Shown here in pieces: positions 27,597-37,588 of a DNA stretch of 64,000 nucleotides. Both the position numbers and the translations under genes were made by a program. Source of the stretch: Dehalococcoidia bacterium (GTDB lineage: Bacteria > Chloroflexota > Dehalococcoidia > UBA2979); contig JANQNP010000067.1 in the NCBI GenBank assembly GCA_028279505.1, positions 9 through 64,008 on the forward strand. The letters run 5' to 3'. Below the pieces are notes generated by a model. It was not told the origin of the DNA and ran no database searches. It saw nothing but the letters and a program-made list of their open reading frames with translations. Each line of letters begins with the position of its first letter. The first letter of the stretch is position 1.

Positions 27597-28742
27597 TCAG
27601 ACTGATGCCGTCCGGTCGAACCGCTCCCCGTCGACCCACACCGCCACCGGCTCGACCCATCGAGGTGCGGTGCGCACCTCGTCCAGCGTGTCGACCACCT
27701 CGATCGGCGCCTCGTTGATCCGGAAGACGGTCACGTGCGCCGGCCGTCCGACGGCGAGGCTCCCGAGGCCATCCGCATCCAGGTGCCAGGCGCGCGCCGG
27801 GTTGATCGTCACCGCCTGGATCACCTGCTCGATCGAACGGTCCAGCATCAGCGACTTCGTGAGGTTGTGCGCGACCGACCGGGAGTAGCGCTCGATGTTC
27901 CCCGGGTGCATGTCCGTCGAGATGATGTCGAGCGGCATCCCCAGCTCCCGCACCGCGCGCTCGGCCACCTCGAACGAGTACGACGCCCGCCCGTGGCTCG
28001 TCGCCACGATCACCCCGCGCTCGACGGCATCGAGGAACGCGCGGATCGGCGTCCCGTCCCGCTCGAGGATCCCGCCCGCCTTGCCGTGATACGTGTGCGT
28101 GACGATGTCGCCCCGCCGCAGCAGGTCGAGCACATCCTCCAGCAACGGCGGCGCGTTCCCGATGTGCGCCATCAGCGGCAGCCTCGTCAGCTCCGCCGCT
28201 TTCCGCGCGATCTTGACCGCCTCGAGGCCCAGCAACCCCGTGTGCGACGACGACGCCTGCACCTTGATCCCGCGCACCCACTCGCGATGCCGCTCCACGG
28301 CCGCCACGGTGCGCTCCAGCGACACGTACTCCCACTTCGAGGAGTGCCCGCCCTCGATCCCGGGCGCGCCGCTCGATCCGATGTTGATCGCGCCGAACAC
28401 CTTGGTCGACGCGCCCTCGATCATCCCGGCCGGGAACTCGTCGGCGGTCGGCGCCCCCATCGAGCCCGCCTCCACGATCGCGGCCACGCCCTGCTCCACG
28501 CCGAACTGGTCCGCTCGCAGGTTCTCCTCGCGCGAACGATTGGCGCTCCACCCGCGGCTGTGCCCGTCGATCCAGCCGGGTGAGACGTACATTCCGCTCG
28601 CGTCGAACCGCTCGTCGACCCCGGACGGATCCACCGCACCGAGGCCGGCCACCACCCCATCGCGGATCAGCACCGCGCCCGGCGCACTCGTGCCGGTCGT
28701 CACGTCGATGAGCGTGCCGCCCTCGATCAGCGTCGTCGTCAT
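27597..28742 (-). CDS. Amidohydrolase/deacetylase family metallohydrolase (dihydroorotase-like, EF_0837 type)
   Basis: PGWIDGH, GIKV, MAHIG, GDIVTHTYHGK, ISTDMH, TINPAR. Confidence 0.88.
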   Translation of the reverse strand: MTTTLIEGGTLIDVTTGTSAPGAVLIRDGVVAGLGAVDPSGVDERFDASGMYVSPGWIDGHSRGWSANRSREENLRADQFGVEQGVAAIVEAGSMGAPTADEFPAGMIEGASTKVFGAINIGSSGAPGIEGGHSSKWEYVSLERTVAAVERHREWVRGIKVQASSSHTGLLGLEAVKIARKAAELTRLPLMAHIGNAPPLLEDVLDLLRRGDIVTHTYHGKAGGILERDGTPIRAFLDAVERGVIVATSHGRASYSFEVAERAVRELGMPLDIISTDMHPGNIERYSRSVAHNLTKSLMLDRSIEQVIQAVTINPARAWHLDADGLGSLAVGRPAHVTVFRINEAPIEVVDTLDEVRTAPRWVEPVAVWVDGERFDRTASV

Positions 28743-28751
28743 GAAGCGCCG

Positions 28752-29390
28752 CTACCGATCCGTCGCGGCCAGCCGCGCGGCGAACCCGATCAGCACCGCG
28801 CCGAGCGACCGCTGGATCCAGCGGCGCACCGCCGGCGCGCCGAGCACGAACGTCCGGAACGCCGCGCTCGCGTACGCGTAGCCGGCGAACACCGCGAGCG
28901 TCATCAACATGAACACCGCACCGAGGCCCATCAACCGAGGATCGAGCGGCCCCGCCTCCCCATCGAGGAACTGCGGCAGGAACGCGAAGAAGAACACCGT
29001 CAGCTTCGGGTTCAACAGGTTGAGGAGCACGCCGCGGCGAACGACGGCCGTCATCGCGCCGCCCCACGCTCGCTGCTCGCCGCCTCGCGGTCCCGCCTCG
29101 TCGTCGAACTGCAGCATCCCACCCTCGCGCAGCATCGACAGGCCCATGTACACGAGGTACGCGACCCCCGCGTAGCGCACGACCTCGAACGCAACCGCCC
29201 CCGCCTGCATCACCCCCGACAGGCCAAGCATCGCCGCGAGGAGATGCGGCACGATCCCCAGCGTGCACCCGACCGCGGCGAACAACCCGATCCGCAGGCC
29301 ACCACCGAGGGCGCTCGACACCGTGTACAGCACCCCCGTGCCCGGGATCACGACGACGATCAGCGACGTCACGAGGAACTCGGGGCTCAT
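28752..29390 (-). CDS. LysE/RhtB family translocator
   Basis: IPGTG, YAGVAYLVYMG, NLLNPK...FLPQF. Confidence 0.93.
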   Translation of the reverse strand: MSPEFLVTSLIVVVIPGTGVLYTVSSALGGGLRIGLFAAVGCTLGIVPHLLAAMLGLSGVMQAGAVAFEVVRYAGVAYLVYMGLSMLREGGMLQFDDEAGPRGGEQRAWGGAMTAVVRRGVLLNLLNPKLTVFFFAFLPQFLDGEAGPLDPRLMGLGAVFMLMTLAVFAGYAYASAAFRTFVLGAPAVRRWIQRSLGAVLIGFAARLAATDR

Positions 29391-29421
29391 CGCCGCCCCC
29401 TCGATCGGAGCTCGTCGTCCA

Positions 29422-30924
29422 TCACAGGTGTCCCGTCATCTCCTCCCGCTCGTCGAGCGGGCGCAGCGCGTCGTTCACGCGCTGCCAGTCCTCGTAGAGC
29501 GCATCGTAGCGGTCGGCCCGCTCGGGGTCGGGCGAGACTACGCGCGAGACCTGCACCATCGCCTCGGCCGCCTCATCGATGTCGTCGTAGATCCCCAGCG
29601 CCACCGCCGCGTACATCGCGGCGCCGCGCGCCTCCACCGCGCCGTCGGTCGCCTCGACCGGCCGCCGCAGGTTGTCCACGATGATCTGCGGCCAGAGCGG
29701 GCTCGCGCCCCCGCTCCCCGTGAACCGCACCACCGTCGGCTCACCGCCCCACTCGAGGACCTGGTCGAAGATCGCCCGGATCGCGAACGCGCCGCCTTCG
29801 AGGACCGCGCGGAACATTTTGGCGCGCCCGTGCGCGCCGTGCAGGCCGACGAACGCTCCACTCGCGCCCGGGCGTAGCTCCGGCGCGACCTGCCCGGCGA
29901 GAAACGGCAGGAACCGTACCCCCTCGGAACCCGGCTCGACCCCCATCGCCGCCGCATCCATCGCCCCGAACGCGTCCGGCCGCGCCGCCTCGTCCGGGTG
30001 CCCGAGCCACGTATCGAGGAACCAGTCGGCCGCGCGACCGGCCATCACCGCGTTCCCCCCGTAGATGTGTCGCTCCGGCGGGATCCCGTAGAACCGGTAC
30101 CCGTCCGCCACCAGCTCATCCGTCACCGCGCGAACCACCGCGTGCGTCCCGATCGTGATCGCGTACGCCCCCACGGTCCCCGCCGCCGCACCCACGTTGG
30201 CGCAGATCCCGTCGTGCCCGCCGACCGCGACCGGCGTGCCCGCCGGAATCCCGAGGGCAGTCGCCGCCTCCGAGGTCACCTCGCCCGCCAGCTCCCACGG
30301 CGCCGCGACGCGCGGCAACAGATCGCGCGCGATCCCGAGCCCGGTCACCGACCGCGGATCGAAATCCTCACGGTCCGGTCCCGAGGTCGGATCCGTCACC
30401 GCCTCGCCGGTCAGTCGGTAGACCAGGAAGTCCTTCGCGTAGAGCAGCTGGGCCGTTCGCTCCGCGATCGTCGGCTCGTGCTGCTCGAGCCAGCGCCACT
30501 TGGCGACCATCCCGGCTGCGTAGTTCGCGAGGTGGTACCCGCTCGCCCGCCACTCGTGCAGCAACCGCATCTGGTCGAGGTGACGCCCATCCGACCAGGA
30601 GGGCGCGACCAGCGCACCACCCGCGTCGACGGCGGCGAACCCGTTCGCGCGAGCCGAGAGCCCGATCCCCGCGACCTCGGCCCCGTCGAGCGCCGGGCTG
30701 GCAAGCAGACGCCGCGTCAGCTCGCCGGTATCGCTCCACCACTCGTCCGGATCCTGCCAGACCCGTTCGGCGCCGCTCGTGTCGTCCGGTTCCGCCTCGA
30801 TCGATCGATGCTCGCGATTCCGCGCGGTCTCGCGCCCAAGCAGCCGCCCATCCTCGGAGAACGCGGCGACCTTCAGCCGGGTCGTACCGAGGTCGATCGC
30901 AAGCAGCACCCGCGAGTCGGACAT
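29422..30924 (-). CDS. FGGY family carbohydrate kinase (xylulokinase-like)
   Basis: IDLGTT, WSDGR, KDFL, GGHD, IGT, RAVLEG. Confidence 0.92.
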   Translation of the reverse strand: MSDSRVLLAIDLGTTRLKVAAFSEDGRLLGRETARNREHRSIEAEPDDTSGAERVWQDPDEWWSDTGELTRRLLASPALDGAEVAGIGLSARANGFAAVDAGGALVAPSWSDGRHLDQMRLLHEWRASGYHLANYAAGMVAKWRWLEQHEPTIAERTAQLLYAKDFLVYRLTGEAVTDPTSGPDREDFDPRSVTGLGIARDLLPRVAAPWELAGEVTSEAATALGIPAGTPVAVGGHDGICANVGAAAGTVGAYAITIGTHAVVRAVTDELVADGYRFYGIPPERHIYGGNAVMAGRAADWFLDTWLGHPDEAARPDAFGAMDAAAMGVEPGSEGVRFLPFLAGQVAPELRPGASGAFVGLHGAHGRAKMFRAVLEGGAFAIRAIFDQVLEWGGEPTVVRFTGSGGASPLWPQIIVDNLRRPVEATDGAVEARGAAMYAAVALGIYDDIDEAAEAMVQVSRVVSPDPERADRYDALYEDWQRVNDALRPLDEREEMTGHL

Positions 30925-30927
30925 CCG

Positions 30928-31311
30928 CTACTGCACCTCGAAGATCGCGAAGGAGCCGAGCGCCTTCGCGACGAGCCGGTCGCCGTTGAACACCTCCGAC
31001 TCGAGGACCGCGACGCGCCGCCCCCGGTTCACGATCGTCGTCTCGGTGCGAATGCTGCCCTCGCGCACCGGCGCGAGGTAGTTGATCTTGATCTCGATCG
31101 TCGCCGTCCGCTCGTTCTCGGCCAGCTCCGGCGAAAGCATCGCACCCATCGAGGTGTCCGCCAGCGAGTAGATCACGCCGCCATGCACGACGCCGTACGG
31201 ATTGAAGTGCTGCGGCCCGACCTCGATCCCGTTCTGTCCGCCGTCGGCGTCATCCAGGTGGCGCAGCCCGATCAGCTCGATGAAGTCCGCAGCCGATTCC
31301 GGTTCGTTCAT
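30928..31311 (-). CDS. PaaI family thioesterase
   Basis: NPYGVVHGGVIYSLADT, TIEIKINYLAP. Confidence 0.93.
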   Translation of the reverse strand: MNEPESAADFIELIGLRHLDDADGGQNGIEVGPQHFNPYGVVHGGVIYSLADTSMGAMLSPELAENERTATIEIKINYLAPVREGSIRTETTIVNRGRRVAVLESEVFNGDRLVAKALGSFAIFEVQ

Positions 31312-31432
31312 CTCGCTCCCTGCAACGGGCCTCGTTGATTCCACACGGCGAGCACATCTGCCAGAATCACGCCCGACAACGTACCGAGCATGCCACGCCA
31401 TCACCGCGCGAACCGCCTCGAGGAGGCCATAC

Positions 31433-32341
31433 GTGAACTCACCCGAGATGCAGGCCTTCCTCAAGGAGCGCGAAGAGCAGATGGCCGCGGCCGCCGACCA
31501 GCCCCGCCCTGACCTCGCAACCCAGCGCGCCGGCGCGGACTCGATGGCGCGGCCGGCACCCGAGGACGTGCAAGTCACCTCGGTCGACGCCGGCGGCGTC
31601 CCGGGCGACTGGGTTGTAGCACCAGGCGCCGACCCGGGACGGCGCGTGCTCTACCTGCACGGCGGCGGCTACGTCCTGCTCTCCGCGCTCACCCACCGTC
31701 GCCTCGCCGCCGACATCTCGCGTGAGTCCGGCTGCGCCGTCCTCGTCCTCGACTATCGCCTCGCCCCGGAGCACCCCTTCCCTGCCGCGGTCGACGACGC
31801 CCTCGCCGCCTACCGCTGGATCCTCGAGAACGGCCCGGACGGCGCCTCCCAGGCCACCAGCACCTTCATCGGCGGCGACTCGGCGGGCGGCGGCCTCACC
31901 TTCGCCACCGTGATCAACGCCCGCGACAACAACGTGCCGCTCCCCAACGCCGCCTTCGGCATCTCCTCCTGGACCGACGTCTCCAACACGCGGCCATCGA
32001 GGGAGACCCGCCTCGGCATCGACCCGCTCTTCACCGACCCGGCGCTGCTCGCCGCCTTCCAGGCCCAGTACATGGGCGAGCAGGACCCGAAGCAGCCGCT
32101 GGCATCACCGCTGTTCGGCGACCTCGCCGGCTTCCCGCCCGTCTACCTGCTCGTCGCCGATCACGAGGTGCTCCTCGACGACTCCCTCGAGTTCGCCGAG
32201 AGGGCCCGCGCCGCCAACGTCCGCGCCACCGTCAGCGTCGAGCCCGGCGGGATCCACTTCTTCCCGCAGATGAACCCCGACCTCCCCGAGAGCCGCGCCG
32301 CCATCCTCGAGATCGGCGCATTCCTGCGCGGGCACGGCTAG
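31433..32341 (+). CDS. Alpha/beta hydrolase, HSL-family esterase
   Basis: HGGGY, DYRLAPEHPFPAA, GDSAGG; SD GAGGAGG before GTG. Confidence 0.94.
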   Translation: MNSPEMQAFLKEREEQMAAAADQPRPDLATQRAGADSMARPAPEDVQVTSVDAGGVPGDWVVAPGADPGRRVLYLHGGGYVLLSALTHRRLAADISRESGCAVLVLDYRLAPEHPFPAAVDDALAAYRWILENGPDGASQATSTFIGGDSAGGGLTFATVINARDNNVPLPNAAFGISSWTDVSNTRPSRETRLGIDPLFTDPALLAAFQAQYMGEQDPKQPLASPLFGDLAGFPPVYLLVADHEVLLDDSLEFAERARAANVRATVSVEPGGIHFFPQMNPDLPESRAAILEIGAFLRGHG

Positions 32342-32437
32342 CCGCGGGACTCGTGAACGCCGGCACGAGGGCGCCCGGAGCGACCGGCATACTGATCGAG
32401 ACCATCGAACCACTTGATTCGATGAGGGAGGCACAAC

Positions 32438-33109
32438 ATGGGACTCGGTGACACGGTGATGTCGCTCCTCGCCGGTCGGAGCTGGCGCGTGGCCAGTCAG
32501 GCCGCCGCCCAGCGCCTCGAACCGCTCGAGTTCCCTGCCACCGTCGAGCTGAGCGGTGGCCCCGTCGAGCTACGACCGATGACCGCGAACGATCGCGTCG
32601 CGATGCTCGCCTTCGCGAACAGCCTCCCGCCCCACGACCTGCTCTTCCTCCGCCGCGACATCACCCAGCCCGACGTCGTCGACGCCTGGGTGCACGACCT
32701 CGAGAGCGACCGCTACGTCACCATCCTCGCCATCAAGGAAGACGCCATCGTGGGCTACGCGACCGTCGCTTCCGAGGGCCTGACCTGGACCCGCCACGTC
32801 GCCGAGCTGCGGATCCTCGTCAGCCCCACGATGCGCGGCCAGCAGCTCGGCCGGCTCCTCACCGAGCAGGCCTTCGCCCTCGCGAGGGAGCGCGGCGTCC
32901 GCAAGATGATCGCCCAGATGACGACTGACCAGACCGCCGCGATGCGCGTCTTCGGCCACATGGGCTTCGAGCGCGAGGCGCGCCTCCGCAACCAGCTCAT
33001 CGACCGTGACGGCCAGCTCCACGACCTCCAGATCATGAGCCTCGACGTCGACGAGTTCCGCGCCAAGGTCGACCTCATGGCGGTCAGCGCCCAGCACGAA
33101 CTCGTCTAG
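32438..33109 (+). CDS. GNAT family N-acetyltransferase
   Basis: HVAELRILV..RGQQLG, FGHMGF; SD GAGGGAGG. Confidence 0.88.
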   Translation: MGLGDTVMSLLAGRSWRVASQAAAQRLEPLEFPATVELSGGPVELRPMTANDRVAMLAFANSLPPHDLLFLRRDITQPDVVDAWVHDLESDRYVTILAIKEDAIVGYATVASEGLTWTRHVAELRILVSPTMRGQQLGRLLTEQAFALARERGVRKMIAQMTTDQTAAMRVFGHMGFEREARLRNQLIDRDGQLHDLQIMSLDVDEFRAKVDLMAVSAQHELV

Positions 33110-33116
33110 CGGGCCC

Positions 33117-33175
33117 CACCCTCCGAGGCCAGCCAACCCTCCGAGGCCGCCCACCCTCCGAGGCCAACCAACCCC
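33117..33175 (+). repeat. Short tandem repeat, 3 x ACCCTCCGAGGCC (17-18 nt period)
   Basis: accctccgaggccagcca-accctccgaggccgccc-accctccgaggccaacca. Confidence 0.75.
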
Positions 33176-33234
33176 AGGTAGCTCGCACGACCGCGCGCCG
33201 CGAGCCACGGCCCTGCGAGGTGGCCGGACCACGC

Positions 33235-33270
33235 ACCCCGAAGGGTCAGAAGAGGGGTCGAAGACCCCCC
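33235..33270 (+). repeat. Dispersed tandem cGAAg mini-hairpin element, copy 2 (variant first hairpin)
   Basis: ACCCCGAAGGGTC-agaaga-GGGGTCGAAGACCCC next to the ctaG stop. Confidence 0.6.
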
Positions 33271-33271
33271 G

Positions 33272-34111
33272 TCAGATTTGGCCGGCTCGTCTCGACTCCG
33301 TTGCTGACCAGGCGAAGAACGCCATCGCCAGCCGGGCCATCAGGATCGGCATCGTGCCCATCCACATCAGAAGCCCGGCGATCACCTGGTCATCCTTTGC
33401 TGAGAGGTCCGAGAAGGCGCGCGTCGCGAACTCGAACGTCGTGTAGAGCGGGAACTCCGAGAACACGAAGAACGCGCCCGGAATCGTCGGCAGCACCGTG
33501 ATCCCGAGGACATACACCAGCCGGCGCGCGTTCGCCGTCGACATGTCCCCCTCCTGGTCGAACGCGCCGATCGCGCTCCAGAAGATCAGCCCGGCCATCA
33601 GCCACAGCACGTCCATCGCCATCGAGCCGAACTGGATCGGCTTCAGCGTGTCGGCGACGAACGGCAGGTGTGTCACCGCCAGCACCGCGTTGAACGCGAC
33701 GAACGCCAGGAACGGCCGGTCCACGAGGTAGCGCGCCCAGCCCATCCCCGGCGCGCCCCACACCAGCTCGCGCATCCACGGCGGCGTGCCACGGATCAAC
33801 AGCGGTGCCACGATCAGCGAGTAGAGGATGTACTGGATCATGTGCGCGGTGAGCAGGTACCCCGCGCCCAGCACCCCCAGCGGCCAGTCCGTCGCGATCC
33901 ACAGCAGCACGTACCCCGTCGCGAACGAGGTCACCTGTGACCGCGTCACCACCGGCTCGCCGGCCGCGACCTTCGCCGGCCCGATCCGCCTGATCGCGTA
34001 CACGTACCCAACGAGGAGCGCGATCATCGCCGCCCAGATCCCCGGGTAGAACTGCGGCGTCCACGACCACGGCCCTGTCTGAGCCGAGCACCACCAGCCG
34101 ACGTTCGTCAT
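33272..34111 (-). CDS. ctaG: Cytochrome c oxidase assembly factor (Caa3_CtaG family)
   Basis: TDWPL, TAHMIQ, APLLIRG, DQVIAGLLMW. Confidence 0.88.
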   Translation of the reverse strand: MTNVGWWCSAQTGPWSWTPQFYPGIWAAMIALLVGYVYAIRRIGPAKVAAGEPVVTRSQVTSFATGYVLLWIATDWPLGVLGAGYLLTAHMIQYILYSLIVAPLLIRGTPPWMRELVWGAPGMGWARYLVDRPFLAFVAFNAVLAVTHLPFVADTLKPIQFGSMAMDVLWLMAGLIFWSAIGAFDQEGDMSTANARRLVYVLGITVLPTIPGAFFVFSEFPLYTTFEFATRAFSDLSAKDDQVIAGLLMWMGTMPILMARLAMAFFAWSATESRRAGQI

Positions 34112-34623
34112 CGCGCGCCCTCCGCGTCGGCGTACGTCAGCACCGGCACCTCGATCGTCACCGCCCCCGCGCGCTCGAACTGGAGCGTCACCGCGATCGT
34201 GTCGCCCTCCTCGAGGCGCGTCCCGAGCGCCATCAACATCACATGCAGGCCACCCGGCGTCAGCTCGGTCAGCCCATCCGGCGGCAGCACGATCCCGCCC
34301 TCGACCGGCACCATCCGCGACGTGTCCCCCTCCGCCACCGTCGAGTGCAGGTGAGTCATCGCTGCCACCGAGGTCGTTGCACCCAGCAGCCGGTCCCCCT
34401 CGCCGTCCCGGTCCACCATCGTGAAGTAGAGCGCCGCCGTGTCCGCCGGCGGCGCCGGCACGAACGGCTCGTGGATCGACAGATTCGAGGTCTCCGCCAC
34501 CGCCTCGCCGAGCGCCGCATCGCCGCCCGCACCGTCGTCGGGCTCGTCATCCTCGCCACAGCCCGAGGCCAGCAGCGCGACCGACGCGATCAGCAGCACC
34601 ACCGCCATCGTCGCTCGGCTCAC
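34108..34623 (-). CDS. Copper chaperone PCu(A)C lipoprotein
   Basis: Lipobox ASGC; DRLLG, HLH..M, LTPGGLHVMLM; GTGA overlap with sco. Confidence 0.92.
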   Translation of the reverse strand: MSRATMAVVLLIASVALLASGCGEDDEPDDGAGGDAALGEAVAETSNLSIHEPFVPAPPADTAALYFTMVDRDGEGDRLLGATTSVAAMTHLHSTVAEGDTSRMVPVEGGIVLPPDGLTELTPGGLHVMLMALGTRLEEGDTIAVTLQFERAGAVTIEVPVLTYADAEGAR

Positions 34624-35300
34624 GAGCTCGGCCACCCCTCCCGCACCAGCAGCTCCAGGTCGTGAGCCCACGCCGACTGCCGAATGCCGCTCGGGTAGCG
34701 GAGGTGCGTCTGATCATCCTGCGTGTAGAGGAAGATCCACCCGGCGTGCGCCACGGTATAGCCACCCTCGAACTCCGAGTCCACGAACGCCACCGGCACG
34801 GCAGCCGCCTCCTGCGCGGCGATCAGCTGCTCCTCGGTTCCGGTCAGCCCCACGAAGTCGGTGTCGAAGAAGCCGAGCCACTCCGTCACCCGCTCCGGCG
34901 TGTCACGCGGGGCGTCGACCCCCACAAACACCACCTTCACCCCGCGTCGGGTATCCCCGGACGACTGGTCCAGCGCGGACGCGATGTTGGCGAGGTGCAC
35001 CGGGCAGATGTCCGGGCAGTTCGTGTAGCCGAAGTACAGCAGGGTCACGAACCCCGCCGTCTCCTCGACGAAGTCGTACGGCTCACCGGTCGCAGCGTCG
35101 TCGAGCACGAAGTCCGGCTTCGCCAGCGGACCGGGGAACGCCGAACCGGCAAGTCCGAGGTCCGCCACCACCTGTTCCTGCGGCGTCAGCGGTGCCTCCG
35201 TCGACCCCGAGTCGGAGTCGCCACAGGCCACCAAGACCAGCGATCCAACCACGAGGACCGCGAACATCTGCGTCCGAAACCGGAGTGGTGGCGAGTGCAC
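34620..35300 (-). CDS. SCO1/SenC family lipoprotein
   Basis: LVAC lipobox; FGYTNCPDICP; VAH. Confidence 0.94.
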   Translation of the reverse strand: MHSPPLRFRTQMFAVLVVGSLVLVACGDSDSGSTEAPLTPQEQVVADLGLAGSAFPGPLAKPDFVLDDAATGEPYDFVEETAGFVTLLYFGYTNCPDICPVHLANIASALDQSSGDTRRGVKVVFVGVDAPRDTPERVTEWLGFFDTDFVGLTGTEEQLIAAQEAAAVPVAFVDSEFEGGYTVAHAGWIFLYTQDDQTHLRYPSGIRQSAWAHDLELLVREGWPSS

Positions 35301-35428
35301 GGTTGAGCCCTCGAACCCTGCGCGCGTGGTGGAGGCGCGGCGCTCAGCCGACGGTAGCGAGCAGCCGAAGTACCGGCAACGAGCCTCACGTGAGCGCGAT
35401 TACGGTCGCGACACGCCCCTCGAACGGA

Positions 35429-36556
35429 TCAGTCGGCGGCCTGCAGTCGGAACACCCCGCCGCTGGTCAGATCGAGCACCAGCACCTCGCCCTCGGCGTC
35501 CACGCCGAACGACACGAGGTTGCCGTCGAGCTCTGCGACCACCGCGGGCGGCTCATCGCCGTCGCGCTCCAGCACCCAGATCTCGCCGCTGCAGAAGTCC
35601 CCGAAGAGGTAGCGCCCACCCAGCCCCGCGATCGCATCGCCCCGGTAGACGAGCCCGCCGACGATCGCGCAGCGCCCGTCGCCGTGCGAGTAGGTCGCCT
35701 GCGGCAGCACCAGCCCGGTCGGGTCGCAGCCGGCACGGCTCAGACACCCCGAGCCCTCCATGATCGGCCAACCGAGGTTGTCCCCCGCCTCGACGCGATC
35801 GATCTCCTCCTCGCCCGAGACCTGCACATCGCCGAGCCACACCTCGCCGCTCTCCGCGTCGATCGACATCCGCCACGGGTTCCGCAGCCCGTACGCCCAG
35901 ATCTCGGGCCGCGCGCCCTCGGTCTCGAGGAACGGATTGTCGTCCGGGATCGCGTACGGCGCATCTTCCGAGGCGTCACGCACGTCGATCCGGAGCACCG
36001 TGCCGAGCAACGTCCCGAGGTTCTGCCCGTTCTCGAACGGATCGGTCGACGCGCTGCCGTCGCCGAGGCTCAGGTACAGCATCCCGTCGTCCGGCCCGAA
36101 CTGGATCGCCCCGCCGTTCTGGTTGAACCCCGGCTGCTCCAGCTCAAGCACCACCAGCTCGCTCGCCGGATCCGCGACGTCGTCGAGCACCGTGAACCGC
36201 GACAGCAGCGTGCGATCCGGCTTCGGGTCGACGAAGTAGTACACCCATAGGTGCCCGTTCTCCTCGAACCCCGGATCGAGCGCTACCGACAGCACGCCCT
36301 CCCCGAAGTCCGAGTCCACGCGGTCGGTGAGTTCGAGGAGCACCGACCCACCTGGGTCAGCCTCGCTGACGAGGAGCACTCGCCCGTCCTGCTCCGCCAC
36401 GAACAACCGCCCGCCCGGATACGCGCCGATCTCCACCGGCGACGCGTACCGCTCCCCACCGAGGGCCGGCGCCAATTCGAGGACCGGCAACTCCTCGTCG
36501 CCACACGCGAGGAACACGGCTGTGAGCAGTGCGACAGCGAAGGCAGCAGTGCGCAG
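35429..36556 (-). CDS. PQQ-dependent sugar dehydrogenase (GSDH family) lipoprotein; start uncertain (possibly CTG)
   Basis: FLAC lipobox; NQNGGAIQFGPD, EIWAYGLRNPWR, NLGWP, FGDFCSG. Confidence 0.88.
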   Translation of the reverse strand: MRTAAFAVALLTAVFLACGDEELPVLELAPALGGERYASPVEIGAYPGGRLFVAEQDGRVLLVSEADPGGSVLLELTDRVDSDFGEGVLSVALDPGFEENGHLWVYYFVDPKPDRTLLSRFTVLDDVADPASELVVLELEQPGFNQNGGAIQFGPDDGMLYLSLGDGSASTDPFENGQNLGTLLGTVLRIDVRDASEDAPYAIPDDNPFLETEGARPEIWAYGLRNPWRMSIDAESGEVWLGDVQVSGEEEIDRVEAGDNLGWPIMEGSGCLSRAGCDPTGLVLPQATYSHGDGRCAIVGGLVYRGDAIAGLGGRYLFGDFCSGEIWVLERDGDEPPAVVAELDGNLVSFGVDAEGEVLVLDLTSGGVFRLQAAD

Positions 36557-36681
36557 GATCGAGTACCCCTCGGTGTCGTGGCGGTCGGCAGACGATAGCG
36601 CGGCCTCCGGTTCCGCGCCCAACACGCACGTACTGGACAACCGTCGCCCGATCAGCGAAAACACGGGCGAGGAGCGATGCC

Positions 36682-37542
36682 ATGACCACCGAAACGACGC
36701 CACGCCAGATCGAAGACCCCACCGTCGGCAAGGTTCTCTCCGACAAGCAACTCACCGTCACCGAGTCACTCCTCGAGGACTACTTCGAGGGCCTCGAACT
36801 CGATCGCGGCCCGTTTGACCGCGGCGAGGCCCCGGTCCCCTCCCTGATCGCCCGCTCCTTCGACAACTACCACGAGGAGTCACGCTTCCAGCAAGACAAG
36901 GGCCACCTCTGGATGCGCCAGCAGTGGGCCTTCCAGGCCCCGCTCCAGCTCGGTCAGACCTACACCACCCACGCCCGCATCGAGGACATCTACGAGCGCC
37001 GCGACCGCACAGTCGTCAACACCGCCGTCGACGCCACGGACGCCGACGGCAACACCGTCCTCACTTCCAACCACCACCAGTCGTTCCTCCTCAACCCACC
37101 CGAGAACCAGGTCGAGTTCCGCGACCCCACGAAGAAGGAGGGCGCCCGCAAGTTCATCGTCCCGGACGGCGACGCGATCGAGCCGATCGACCGTGCGATC
37201 ACCCTCGAGATGTGCGGGCAGTACTTCCACGGCAGCAAGAGCTACCACACCGACCTCGAGGCCTCGCAGGCCCTGGGCTTCCAGCAAGTGGTCGTCGGCG
37301 GCGCGATGACGATGTCCTACCTCGGCCACCTCATGGACGGCCACTTCGGCGCGCCCTGGTGGACGAGCGGCGTCCTCGACGTGAAGTTCACCAACCCCAC
37401 CTGGCCCGACGACCGCATCACCGTGAAGGGCGTCGCGACCGGACCCTCCGAGGACGAGCCGGACCGCGAGCACGCCTTCGCCTGGATCGAGAAGGACGAC
37501 GGCACGATCGTCCTCATCGCCAACGCCAGCGTCGCCCGCTAA
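36682..37542 (+). CDS. Tandem hotdog-fold (MaoC-like) dehydratase
   Basis: IEDIYERRDR, SYHTD..A..LGF, LDVKFTNPTWP. Confidence 0.8.
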   Translation: MTTETTPRQIEDPTVGKVLSDKQLTVTESLLEDYFEGLELDRGPFDRGEAPVPSLIARSFDNYHEESRFQQDKGHLWMRQQWAFQAPLQLGQTYTTHARIEDIYERRDRTVVNTAVDATDADGNTVLTSNHHQSFLLNPPENQVEFRDPTKKEGARKFIVPDGDAIEPIDRAITLEMCGQYFHGSKSYHTDLEASQALGFQQVVVGGAMTMSYLGHLMDGHFGAPWWTSGVLDVKFTNPTWPDDRITVKGVATGPSEDEPDREHAFAWIEKDDGTIVLIANASVAR

Positions 37543-37588
37543 CGAGGATCGCAACCCGCCGCCTCGTCGGCGCCCGCGCGTCGAGCCG

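Noticed and set aside
33272..36556. Novel copper system
   Set aside because: Sco, PCuAC and CtaG form a well-known cytochrome c oxidase assembly set.
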